From Paracoccaceae bacterium (GTDB lineage: Bacteria > Pseudomonadota > Alphaproteobacteria > Rhodobacterales > Rhodobacteraceae): a stretch of 64,000 nt of DNA. The translations under genes and the position numbers were made by a program. Shown here one piece after another: positions 17,567 through 26,606 of this stretch (its first letter is position 1; each line of letters starts with the position of its first letter). The stretch lies in the NCBI GenBank assembly GCA_021775315.1, contig JAJFIC010000027.1:8759-72758 (forward strand), read 5' to 3'. The notes beneath the pieces were generated by a model. That model was given only the letters and a program-made list of their open reading frames with translations, was not told where the DNA came from and searched no databases.

Positions 17567-18469
17567 ATGCATAAGTGCATGGATTGGCGATCAGTGAAAT
17601 TTGACTGGAACCGAGCACGGGCGTTCTTAGTGACCGCCGAGGAAGGTTCGTTGTCTGCGGCCGCTCGTGCGCTTGGCATGGCGCAACCTACGCTTGGTCG
17701 GCAGGTTGATGCGCTTGAACAAGAGCTGGATATCGTGCTGTTTGAACGGGTCGGGCGCGGCCTTAGGCTGACCCCAAGCGGGCTGGAATTGCTGGATCAT
17801 GTGCGGGCTATGGGGGACGCTGCGAACAAATTTTCCCTTGCGGCGATGGGGCAGTCACAATCGATCGACGGGTCGATCTGTATTGCCGCAAGCGAGATCT
17901 ATGCCTCTTTAGTCTTGCCGCCAATAATCGCGAAATTGCGTCGGTTAGAGCCGGGAATAACCGTGGAAATCGTGTCCTCGAACGCCCCAAGTGACTTGCG
18001 ACGACGCGAGGCTGACATCGCTATTCGAAACTTTCGCCCCACGGAACCCGACCTGATCGCCAAGAAAATCCGCGACATCCCCGCAAGGCTATATGCGTCG
18101 CCGCAATACCTAGACCGGATCGGGCGGCCCGAACTTCCTTATGATTTGCGCAACGCCGAATTTATCAACCTTGATAATACCGGGGCATTGATGAACGGGC
18201 TGAATATGATGGGGCTGGGCCTGACAAAAGCAAATTTTCCCGTGCTGGCGGAAAACTACACTGTTATGTGGGAATTGGTAAAACAGGGCGTCGCCATCGG
18301 TATTCTGGATGGAAACATCGGCGACGCAGAGCCGTTGGTGGAACGTGTGTTGCCGGATCTGGAGCCATTGATGTTCCCGGTCTGGCTGGTTGCCCACCGC
18401 GAACTGAACACCAGTCGGCGTACAAGAATGGTGTTCGATCTGTTGGCCTCTGAGCTGGCGAAAAACTAG
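17567..18469 (+). CDS. LysR-family transcriptional regulator
   Basis: FDWNRARAFLVTAEEGSLSAAARALGMAQPTLGRQVDALEQEL is a LysR HTH. Divergent from the DUF4386/oxidoreductase operon. Alternative start ATG 17579. Confidence 0.9.
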   Translation: MHKCMDWRSVKFDWNRARAFLVTAEEGSLSAAARALGMAQPTLGRQVDALEQELDIVLFERVGRGLRLTPSGLELLDHVRAMGDAANKFSLAAMGQSQSIDGSICIAASEIYASLVLPPIIAKLRRLEPGITVEIVSSNAPSDLRRREADIAIRNFRPTEPDLIAKKIRDIPARLYASPQYLDRIGRPELPYDLRNAEFINLDNTGALMNGLNMMGLGLTKANFPVLAENYTVMWELVKQGVAIGILDGNIGDAEPLVERVLPDLEPLMFPVWLVAHRELNTSRRTRMVFDLLASELAKN

Positions 18470-18621
18470 CGTATCCCCCGCGTCACCCGATCAAACCATT
18501 ATCCACCTGCAAAATTTGTGGCGAAGATACGCCCAAATTCAACGATGGTTGCCGCAACGCTCATAGACTGAACGAAATGTAGGCGGGTTGTGTATGGCTG
18601 GTTTTCAGCCAGAAAGGCGAT

Positions 18622-18766
18622 ATGTCTGATGTAATTCGATTTGGTGATTTTACGCTCGCTCCCCGGCGCTTTGAGTTGCGGTCTGGCGATGAGGCTATCC
18701 CAATTGAGCCTCAAGTATTCACCGTGATCTTGCATCTTGCCCACATCTGCCGCGATATTCAGGCTC
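18622..18766 (+). pseudogene. Truncated remnant of an OmpR/CadC-type winged-helix (Trans_reg_C) regulator
   Basis: MSDVIRFGDFTLAPRRFELRSGDEAIPIEPQVFTVILHLA matches the characteristic N-terminus of wHTH regulators (F-G-x-F-x-L-D-x-x-x-x-E-L-x-x-x-G-x-x-V-x-L-E-P-K-V-F-D-L-L). The similarity ends where the 3' end of the convergent gene begins (18767). Confidence 0.55.
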
Positions 18767-20086
18767 TTACGAACGTCGTTCAAACGGGGTGCATTTATAG
18801 ACTTCATTTAGAATGATTTCGACCAGTTCGAACTGCGACTGCCCGTTGACGTCCTCAAAATAAATATGGCTGGGCCAAGATTGGGCCACATGGTTGTCTT
18901 CAGGCAGATCGACCGTTTCGCACACCCGTTTGATCGCCGCCACATAACTGCGGGCCATTTTTGCGGCTTCGGTTTTGGCGGCCTTCAGATCTTCGATGCT
19001 GTTTCGGTCAATCTCGGGTGATCCGATGCCGATTGTAAGGGGCATATTGCGCTGGATTGCTTGCGCTTCATAAAATGAGACATCCACCTTGTCGGATTCA
19101 AGGCGCATCATGAACACTGGGTTCACGCTGACCTTGGCTTCGGTCAGTTCCAGCAACTTGCTTCGGCCCTCAGATGCACCATTTCCTGCGTTTATTGCAC
19201 CACGGCGGCGCGTAGCCCGGACTTTTTTCTTAGCCTCAGCCACGAAATCGCCGCGATAGTTGTTGTCAAACACGCGATCGGCATAGGGTTTGTGCCTCAG
19301 CATATGTCGGATCGAACGGATTGACATGTTCTGACAGTTTTCCGGCCCGATGAAGAACGGCGATCCGGAAGCATCCGAAAGCTCGACCCAGCCATCCGGG
19401 AATTGACTAAAAAAATGATCCATCCAAGGGGCCAGCACCGTGTCGCCCAGATGATCAAGCAAGGCGTTTACAGTGTCCGGTTCATTCACAATATCCGCCA
19501 GCAAAGGCTCCTGCCCATAAATATCGGCGGCCAGACTGTAGGGTGCCGAGATCTGCAAAAGCGGCGCCGCGCCTGTCAGTTCTTGGGTCGCGCGCAAGAT
19601 GTCATCAATGGCTTTTGGCACGCCTGTGGTGAAATTTGGCGTCTTTAGCAGGTGCCAGTTTTGTTTGTTAATCAGCGTAATATCCGGATCAGACCCCGGC
19701 GGGAACTTGTCGGGATACATCATTTTTTGACCCAGCGGTTCACAAGTTAAAGCATAAAGCGCCCAGGTCATGTAAAACTTGTTTATCCCCAAAAGGCGGC
19801 TGACGGTCAGATTGGTCCGGACATAACGATGGGGGTCCGTGTTGTAATAGTCCCATGATTGGGTGCCATAAAGATCATTCAGAATGGACAACGTGAGCAT
19901 ATGTACCGAGGCCGTCGAATGCACCTTGTTTGCGGGTGCCAGAACGGCAAAGTTTTCGTCAAACGCCCCGGCGATCGCGGCGTTGAAAACATTGGCCATT
20001 TCCAGTTTCGCATCCGGTTCGCCCGCCTGCCAACGTGTCAACAGGTGTAGCCCGGACGGGTACGCGTAGTTTTCAGTTTTCGTCAT
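18767..20086 (-). CDS. Hypothetical protein, URO-D / MtaA-CmuA-like fold suspected, with a ~140-aa C-terminal extension
   Basis: Start at ATG 20086 (MTKTENYAYPSG). The central ISAPYSLAADIYGQEPLLADIVNEPDTVNALLDHLGDTVLAPWMDHF resembles the uroporphyrinogen-decarboxylase-like methyltransferase family by eye. The C-terminus has a basic patch AEAKKKVRATRRRG. Confidence 0.45.
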   Translation of the reverse strand: MTKTENYAYPSGLHLLTRWQAGEPDAKLEMANVFNAAIAGAFDENFAVLAPANKVHSTASVHMLTLSILNDLYGTQSWDYYNTDPHRYVRTNLTVSRLLGINKFYMTWALYALTCEPLGQKMMYPDKFPPGSDPDITLINKQNWHLLKTPNFTTGVPKAIDDILRATQELTGAAPLLQISAPYSLAADIYGQEPLLADIVNEPDTVNALLDHLGDTVLAPWMDHFFSQFPDGWVELSDASGSPFFIGPENCQNMSIRSIRHMLRHKPYADRVFDNNYRGDFVAEAKKKVRATRRRGAINAGNGASEGRSKLLELTEAKVSVNPVFMMRLESDKVDVSFYEAQAIQRNMPLTIGIGSPEIDRNSIEDLKAAKTEAAKMARSYVAAIKRVCETVDLPEDNHVAQSWPSHIYFEDVNGQSQFELVEIILNEVYKCTPFERRS

Positions 20087-20518
20087 GATCCAAGGTGCTC
20101 TCGGTCTTGTGCAAAATATCAATGCGCCCATGCATGGCTATCGTAAATCAATTTATTCAATATTGGGCAATCTGCGTATACCCATTTTGCGACAAACAGT
20201 AACTCATCAAGAGAATGCAGCGGCTTTGCTAAACGGATTGCAAATTGATTGGGCGATAGTGTTTGTGACCAATGACGATGGCCGGGATGGTAGCGTTCGA
20301 TGGGAACCCCGAACACCGGGTTGAGATCGTTTCGGTTGCCGCAGCTCAGGTTATTCAAGACAACAAAAAACACAAGCCCGCTATTTCGCGTTGGCTAGAC
20401 TCTCGCCCGTATTCCGTGTTCATTGGCTTTAGCATTTCTGCAATCGAGATTTGGATTGTATGTCGGTTTACCGTTTTCAAATCATTCCAAGAAATGGCCC
20501 AACGGGAAAACGTTACCG

Positions 20519-21637
20519 GTGATTAAATTTATTCATTCCTCTGATCTGCATCTTGGAAAAGCCTTTGGTCTTTTTCCAAGAGATGTGCAGGTCCGCCTCA
20601 GGCAGGCGCGCGCCGATGTTTTGCCACGACTGGCAGCCCTCGCAAAAGACCATGCGGCCAGTCATATTTTGCTCGCGGGTGATACGTTTGACCAAACCAC
20701 ACCTGCGCCGTCTGTCATCAGGCAAGCGCTTAACATGATGCGGGTCGCTGATCATGTGACTTGGGTTCTGATGCCGGGAAACCATGATCACGCGAACGCC
20801 ACAGAGCTTTGGCGACAGGCCGCACAGGACGCTCCGCCGAACGTCGTTCTGCAACTGAAGCCCGAACCTTATGTCTTGACCGCAAATGTAACATTGCTGC
20901 CGGCACCTTCGACCGAGCGCAATCCGGGCCGTGATCTGACTGAATGGTTCGACAGCGCCGCAACATCAGAAACACTGCGCGTCGGTCTTGCTCATGGATC
21001 AGTAACGGATTTCAACGCCAGCGAAGACGGCGCCTCTTCCATCATTGCGCCCGATCGGGCCCGGCGTGCAGGGCTAAGCTATCTGGGTTTGGGCGATTGG
21101 CATGGGCAACTTCAAATCGGTCCTGAAACTTGGTATTCCGGCGCACCGGAAGCGGATGGGTTTAAACACGCTCAAACGCCTTCCGTGCTGTTGGTCGAAA
21201 TTGCTGGCAAAACCGCCCCCGCAATAGTGACATCACTGCCAACCGGCACCATAAATTGGCAACGCGCCACGCTGGATCTGACGGGTGTCGCCGATTGCAG
21301 CGCTATGCATAAGGCCATGCTACCACCCTTACCAGATCGCGCAATGACGTTGTTTGATTTGCTTATCACAGGTCGCGTAGGCCCCTTGGCTCGCGTAGCG
21401 CTTGAGCAAGCCATCGCCAAGGTCAAGCCGGATTTTTTGTGGCACAGGACGGATTGGACCGGTCTGGGGTTAGTGCATGACACAGCTGATCTTGACGCAA
21501 TTGATCGCCAAGGTGCGTTGAGGGCAACGGCCGAAGTTCTGGCCAACGAGTCCGCAGATGACACTCTGTCGCCAGAAGCTCGTAAAACTGCCCAAGCGGC
21601 ACTTTCACATCTGTTTTCTTTCGCGTTGGAAGAGTGA
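20519..21637 (+). CDS. SbcD/Mre11-like metallophosphoesterase (YhaO-like)
   Basis: A GTG at 20519 gives MIKFIHSSDLHLGK. Motifs LLAGDTFD, MPGNHD and GLAHGS are calcineurin-like phosphoesterase motifs. The stop abuts the next ATG (TGAATG). Confidence 0.8.
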   Translation: MIKFIHSSDLHLGKAFGLFPRDVQVRLRQARADVLPRLAALAKDHAASHILLAGDTFDQTTPAPSVIRQALNMMRVADHVTWVLMPGNHDHANATELWRQAAQDAPPNVVLQLKPEPYVLTANVTLLPAPSTERNPGRDLTEWFDSAATSETLRVGLAHGSVTDFNASEDGASSIIAPDRARRAGLSYLGLGDWHGQLQIGPETWYSGAPEADGFKHAQTPSVLLVEIAGKTAPAIVTSLPTGTINWQRATLDLTGVADCSAMHKAMLPPLPDRAMTLFDLLITGRVGPLARVALEQAIAKVKPDFLWHRTDWTGLGLVHDTADLDAIDRQGALRATAEVLANESADDTLSPEARKTAQAALSHLFSFALEE

Positions 21638-24256
21638 ATGAAACTCTTAGCTCTTCACCTGACCAATGTACGCAAATTCACTGGCAAGCGCGCCAGCATT
21701 GCCGGGATCAGCGATGGAATAACGGTCGTTTCCGAGGCAAATGAGTTTGGAAAATCGACCTTTTTCGATGCAATCTACGCGCTGTTCTTTGAAAAGTTCA
21801 GTTCATCTGCCAAATCGGTGAAATCGCTCCAGCCCTATGCTGGAGGGGCGGTTGAAGTCGCGGCAGATGTGGAAACGGAAGATGGCAGTTTTCGTGTCGA
21901 AAAGCGGTTTCTATCGCGCAAAGCGGCGAAAATATCAAGATTGCCCGACGGGGCCGTCGTGGCACAGGACGACGAAGCTGAACGCTGGATTTCCAGCCTT
22001 TTGGGCAGCGCCAGCGAAGGGCCTGCCGGGCTTTTGTGGGTGCGTCAGGGGTTGGTTGGGCTGGAACCTGATAGCGCCAAAGAGAAATCGCAACTCATGG
22101 AAACCCGCCGCGATCTTCTGTCATCCGTGGCGGGGGAAATCGACGCCATGACCGGTGGGCGGCGTATGGATCGCGTGATGCGCCGTGTTGCCGATAGCCT
22201 TGGCGAGATCACGACCAAGACAGGCCGTAAAACCGGGGCATGGAAGGCGACCTCCGACGAAGTTGGCGTGCTTGAGGCTGAGTTTAACAGCGTGACCACG
22301 CAGGTTCAGGCACTCGATAAGGCCCTAACTGATCGCAGACAGGCCGAGGCGTCCTTGAAACGCCTTGATAACGCCGACGCCAAGGCGCGACGGGGTGATG
22401 CATTCGCGGCTGCAAAAGACGCAATGGATCAGGCGCACGCATATGCCGGGGCCGTTACAACCGCGCGCCAAGACTGCGATTTGGCGGGCCTGAAAGCCAA
22501 AAGTTCCGAGACGGAACTTGATGCATTTTTGAAAGCAATCGAAACGCTGCAAACAGCAGAAAAACAGGCCAGGGACAGCTCTGATGAGGCAAACGAGGCC
22601 AATCAGTGGGCGAACCGTTTGAAGACTGCTCTGGATAAAGCGCGAAACGTTCACAAAAATGCGATTGACGCCGTTGCTGAGACCCGCAGGCAGCTTAATG
22701 TTTCACGGCACCAAATTGCAGCGCGCAAAGCAAAGGCAGAGGCCACGCATCTGGAAAGCCAGATCACCAAAGCCGAAATCGCATTGGGCGAACGTGATGT
22801 TGCGCGTGCAATAGCCAAAGCGTCTTTGGCAACGCCAGAATGGTTTCGGCAAGCCGAGTTGGCCCAGGGCGAAGTCTCCAAATGCAACGCCGCCGTTGAG
22901 GCGCAGGTCACAACCCTGCGCATGGCCTATGATGGCACGGCCCGCATCACCCAGAACGGCGCGATTGTGCCCGCCGACCAGCATATCACGCTTGACGGCG
23001 AAACCCTTTTTGATCTCCCGGGGATCGGGAGGATGGCCATTCATGCGCAGGCTGTCGGAGAGGAGGGCAGGGCGCGCTTGGCAACGGCAAAAGGTTCGCT
23101 TAAAAACATTTTGTCACAGGCGGGTGCCAGCACTCTTTTAGAAGCCCGCACATTGGCGGCTGCTAGGGCAGAGGCCGAGACAAAAGCACACCTGGCGCAA
23201 GCGGTTTTGGACACACTTGCACCCAACGGCACAGAGGCAATGCGCGCCGCGAAGGCCGATGCAGATTTGGCCGCAACCGGCGCGCATGAAAGCGAGCTGC
23301 CCGCCATCGCCAGTTTGGAAACGCATCTTACGCAAGCGGAACAGGCCGAAGAAAAAGCGCGAGGACTTCTTAGCAGCACCGACGTGGAACATGCCTCGGC
23401 CCGCGAAACATCCATCAAACTCCGAGCTGCCGCAGAAACAGCAGAGCGCGCGCTTGAACAGGCCAAAGCGGATGCAGGCCCGGAAGAAACGCGGGACAGT
23501 CGCCGCGCTGAACGCCTGCGTCTTCAATTGCAAAGTCAACAGGCGCTAACCGAAGCCGAAGCGGAATTGCAGGCTCTGATCACAGCAGCGCCTGATCTGG
23601 ACACCGCCAAAGCCGGATTGAAGCGAGCAGAAGACGCGGTAAATGCGGCGGTTCAGGAGCGCGCTCAGGTAAGCGAACGTCTGGCCGCGTTGTCATCTGA
23701 AATTCGGACATTGGCCGGAAATGGCATTGAAGAACGCCGTGATGAACTGGCGGGACACCTAGAGGCCGCCAATGCAGCCGAGGCCCAGTTTGCCCAGCAG
23801 GTCGCCGCATTGACCCGGTTGCAATCGGCATTGGACGCGGAACGCGACGCTGCACGGGACACCTATTTTGGACCCGTTCAAGAAGAGCTCAAACCGCTGC
23901 TTTCCATCCTGCACCGCGACGCAGCACTAAGTTTTGACAGCGATAGCCTGCTTCCCTCTGGCTTGTTGCGGGATCATGCCGAAGAGACGCTGGACGATCT
24001 GTCGGGCGGCACGAAAGAGCAGATCGCGATCCTGACACGCTTGGCCTTCGCGCGTCTTTTTGCACGCCAAGGGCGGCATATGCCGATCATCCTGGATGAC
24101 GCGCTGGTCTATTCCGACGACGACCGGATCATCAAGATGTTTACCGCACTTACGCGGGTTGCGCAGGGGCAACAGATCATTGTCTTTTCTTGCCGCCAAC
24201 TGGCGTTTCAGGATCTTGGTGGGGCGCGGCCAAAGATTGAGGTTGTTGACGTTTGA
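21638..24256 (+). CDS. SbcC/YhaN-like SMC-type AAA ATPase (872 aa) without a zinc hook
   Basis: Walker A EANEFGKSTFFDAI. Long Ala/Glu/Arg/Gln-rich coiled-coil region. C-terminal LSGGTKEQIAILTRLAFARLF and PIILDDALVYSDDDR (signature plus Walker B). Only three Cys in the protein and no CxxC. Confidence 0.8.
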   Translation: MKLLALHLTNVRKFTGKRASIAGISDGITVVSEANEFGKSTFFDAIYALFFEKFSSSAKSVKSLQPYAGGAVEVAADVETEDGSFRVEKRFLSRKAAKISRLPDGAVVAQDDEAERWISSLLGSASEGPAGLLWVRQGLVGLEPDSAKEKSQLMETRRDLLSSVAGEIDAMTGGRRMDRVMRRVADSLGEITTKTGRKTGAWKATSDEVGVLEAEFNSVTTQVQALDKALTDRRQAEASLKRLDNADAKARRGDAFAAAKDAMDQAHAYAGAVTTARQDCDLAGLKAKSSETELDAFLKAIETLQTAEKQARDSSDEANEANQWANRLKTALDKARNVHKNAIDAVAETRRQLNVSRHQIAARKAKAEATHLESQITKAEIALGERDVARAIAKASLATPEWFRQAELAQGEVSKCNAAVEAQVTTLRMAYDGTARITQNGAIVPADQHITLDGETLFDLPGIGRMAIHAQAVGEEGRARLATAKGSLKNILSQAGASTLLEARTLAAARAEAETKAHLAQAVLDTLAPNGTEAMRAAKADADLAATGAHESELPAIASLETHLTQAEQAEEKARGLLSSTDVEHASARETSIKLRAAAETAERALEQAKADAGPEETRDSRRAERLRLQLQSQQALTEAEAELQALITAAPDLDTAKAGLKRAEDAVNAAVQERAQVSERLAALSSEIRTLAGNGIEERRDELAGHLEAANAAEAQFAQQVAALTRLQSALDAERDAARDTYFGPVQEELKPLLSILHRDAALSFDSDSLLPSGLLRDHAEETLDDLSGGTKEQIAILTRLAFARLFARQGRHMPIILDDALVYSDDDRIIKMFTALTRVAQGQQIIVFSCRQLAFQDLGGARPKIEVVDV

Positions 24257-24568
24257 GAACGTCTAAAAAGCATGGGTTCATTTTCGGATTTGGGGACGCG
24301 ACGCTGGCGCGCGGCTGAGGCCCGGGAAGTCCGCAAAAGACCGTTTCCGCTCTTTCCCCATTCGCCGCCTTGCCGCCTGCAAGCGTGACTAGGGCAACGG
24401 TGAATGGTTCGCCCGGAAGCGCGGGTTCTGCTCAGAACAAAGTGCCGGGTCGTCTGGTCCCATATTGAAAGGACCAGTGCCTAAAGTCCGCACCTATCCT
24501 ACGCAAGCCTTTGAAACCACGCGCAGAAACGTCGTGAAAACTGGTAATACGGGTTTGCAGAAAACGAA

Positions 24569-24643
24569 TGGCAGTCCCTAGGGGAATCGAACCCCTCTTT
24601 CCAGGTTGAAAACCTGGCGTCCTAACCGATAGACGAAGGGACC
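24569..24643 (-). tRNA. tRNA-Glu (anticodon UUC), CCA encoded
   Basis: Minus-strand sequence GGTCCCTTCGTCTATCGGTTAGGACGCCAGGTTTTCAACCTGGAAAGAGGGGTTCGATTCCCCTAGGGACTGCCA. Acceptor GGTCCCT/AGGGACT with one G-U pair. Anticodon stem CCAGG/CCTGG with loop TTTTCAA. T arm AGGGG-TTCGATT-CCCCT. Close to the E. coli tRNA-Glu layout. Confidence 0.9.
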
Positions 24644-24716
24644 GCACGGTTCGTGGAGGGCCTTTTAGTCGCGTTGTGGCCGCCTTGCAAGAGGGATTCG
24701 AGGTCAAATTGCAGAA

Positions 24717-26465
24717 TTACGCCCCAATTTTCGCCACATCCTCTAATCGCAGTTTCGGCTTTTTACGCCCGCCCCATGTGTCCACTTCCAACCGACCGGC
24801 AACATTGAAAATTGCGCCGTCATGATTTTCCAAAAGTGTCCCCATAGGGCCGTCAAATGCTTGAAACGCGATGGCGTCAATGCGCCCGCCTGATGCATCC
24901 TGAAAGGTCAGGCGCAGGTGGTTTTCGCCGGCCCGTTTGGCAAAGGCGACCCTGACCGAAGGCAGGGCAAATCGAGGTGCTGCGGCCCCTGCGCCAAAGG
25001 GCCCTGCGCGTTCTAACTGCTCGATCAAATCGGTTGTGATGGCCGAGGGTGCCAATATACCGGTCAATCTCAGGTCTGCGGGTCCGGCCTTGTCAGCGCC
25101 TTGCGCCGCCAGCAATTCACCCAGACGGGCCATTGCGGGTTCCAGTTTGGATTTATCGATACTCAGGCCCGCGGCCATCTTGTGCCCCCCGCCTTTGGTC
25201 AAAAACCCCTCGTTAACCAGTCGCGCAATCGCGGCCCCCAGATCGACGCCGCTGATTGAGCGGGCCGAGCCTTTGCCGTCTTCGCCGTCAAAACCGATGA
25301 CCAGTGCGGGTCTGTTGGATGCTTCTTTCAGGCGCGACGCGACGATGCCGACCACGCCCGGATGCCAGCCTTCGCCAGCGGCCCAGACCAATGGGACTTC
25401 AAGGCCGCGCACCTCGGCCTGCTCCATCGCTTGCAGGCGCACGTTTTCCTCAACCTCGCGGCGCTCGCGGTTCAATTGGTCCAACTTTTCCGCAAGCGCG
25501 CCGGCCTCGTGCGGATCAGACGCCGCTAATAGCCGCGCGCCAAGGTCGGCTTTGCCGATCCGACCCCCGGCATTGACCCGTGGCCCCAGCAGAAAGCCCA
25601 GATGATAGGCGTTCGGCGCCGAATCCATGCGGGCAACGTCAGCAAGTGCTGTCAAACCGAGCCGATGACGACGCGCCATTACCTTAAGGCCTTGCTGCAC
25701 GAAAGCCCGGTTCAGCCCCTGCAAAGGCGCCACATCCACAACCGTTGCCAGCGCCACAAGGTCAAGCAGCGCCATCAGATCAGGCCCGGCGTGGCCTGAG
25801 GCACGCATCAGGCGATTAACCGCAACCAGCATCATAAAGACCACGCCAGCGGCGCAAAGATAGGTCAGTTCGCTGGCTTCGTCCTGTCGGTTCGGATTGA
25901 CCACCGAATGCGCGAGCGGCAAAGTCTCACCCCCCGTATGGTGATCAAGCACGATCACATCGACCGGCGCGGCGGCGGCAATCGGGCCATGCGCCAGCGT
26001 TCCGCAATCAACGCAGACGATCAAATCGTGATCCTGCGCCAGCTTTTGCATCGCTGCGTCGTTCGGCCCATACCCTTCGGCAATGCGGTCAGGCACGTAA
26101 AGCGTGGCGTCAATTGACATGTCGCGCAACCACGACAGCAGCAGCGCTGCCGAGGCCCCACCGTCCACGTCATAATCAGCAAAAACCGCGATCCGCTGGC
26201 GGGTTTCAACCGCGTGGCTGAACCGCGCGGCGGCCTTGTCCATGTCTTTCAGGGTCGATGGGTCCGGCATCAATTCGCGCAACGAGGGATTAAGGAACTG
26301 ATTGGCCTCGTCGGCTGTCACGCCGCGCTGGGCGAGCACATAGCACAATGCTTCGGGCAAGCCAGTTGATTGGGCCAGACCACCCGCGCGGCGGTCCTGT
26401 TCAGGATCCGGGCCGACCCAGCGCCGACCTGTGGCCGATATTTCGGTTCCTAAAAAGGCACTCAT
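24717..26465 (-). CDS. recJ: Single-stranded-DNA-specific exonuclease RecJ
   Basis: DHH-family motifs IAVFADYDVDGGASAALL, VCVDCG and VLDHH, plus the C-terminal OB region; 582 aa. Confidence 0.92.
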   Translation of the reverse strand: MSAFLGTEISATGRRWVGPDPEQDRRAGGLAQSTGLPEALCYVLAQRGVTADEANQFLNPSLRELMPDPSTLKDMDKAAARFSHAVETRQRIAVFADYDVDGGASAALLLSWLRDMSIDATLYVPDRIAEGYGPNDAAMQKLAQDHDLIVCVDCGTLAHGPIAAAAPVDVIVLDHHTGGETLPLAHSVVNPNRQDEASELTYLCAAGVVFMMLVAVNRLMRASGHAGPDLMALLDLVALATVVDVAPLQGLNRAFVQQGLKVMARRHRLGLTALADVARMDSAPNAYHLGFLLGPRVNAGGRIGKADLGARLLAASDPHEAGALAEKLDQLNRERREVEENVRLQAMEQAEVRGLEVPLVWAAGEGWHPGVVGIVASRLKEASNRPALVIGFDGEDGKGSARSISGVDLGAAIARLVNEGFLTKGGGHKMAAGLSIDKSKLEPAMARLGELLAAQGADKAGPADLRLTGILAPSAITTDLIEQLERAGPFGAGAAAPRFALPSVRVAFAKRAGENHLRLTFQDASGGRIDAIAFQAFDGPMGTLLENHDGAIFNVAGRLEVDTWGGRKKPKLRLEDVAKIGA

Positions 26466-26606
26466 GTCGGCTCCGCCATGTTTCGCGTCAGACCATAGGT
26501 AAGTCGGGGCCGCACAAAGGTCCAGAAAATTGGCGGCCCAATGCTCTGTCGCGGTCCAAGGCGAACAGGGCCACGTGCTAGCCGTCGCGCCGAATGGCGA
26601 CAGAGC

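Noticed and set aside
20119-20526. Small ORFs 20119..20373 (minus strand) and 20272..20526 (plus strand) in the AT-rich gap upstream of the SbcD-like gene.
   Set aside because: They overlap each other and have no RBS and no recognisable motif. They may be debris from a degraded gene, but I cannot support a call.
24454-24477. Hairpin CTGGTCC-N10-GGACCAG downstream of tRNA-Glu, and possible ncRNA content in the 312-nt gap 24257-24568.
   Set aside because: No T tract follows on the tRNA strand, and I saw no other conserved structure. The evidence is insufficient to call a terminator or an ncRNA.
24432-24707. 91-aa ORF on the minus strand.
   Set aside because: It overlaps the tRNA-Glu gene (24569..24643), and its translation simply reads through the tRNA. 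It is spurious.
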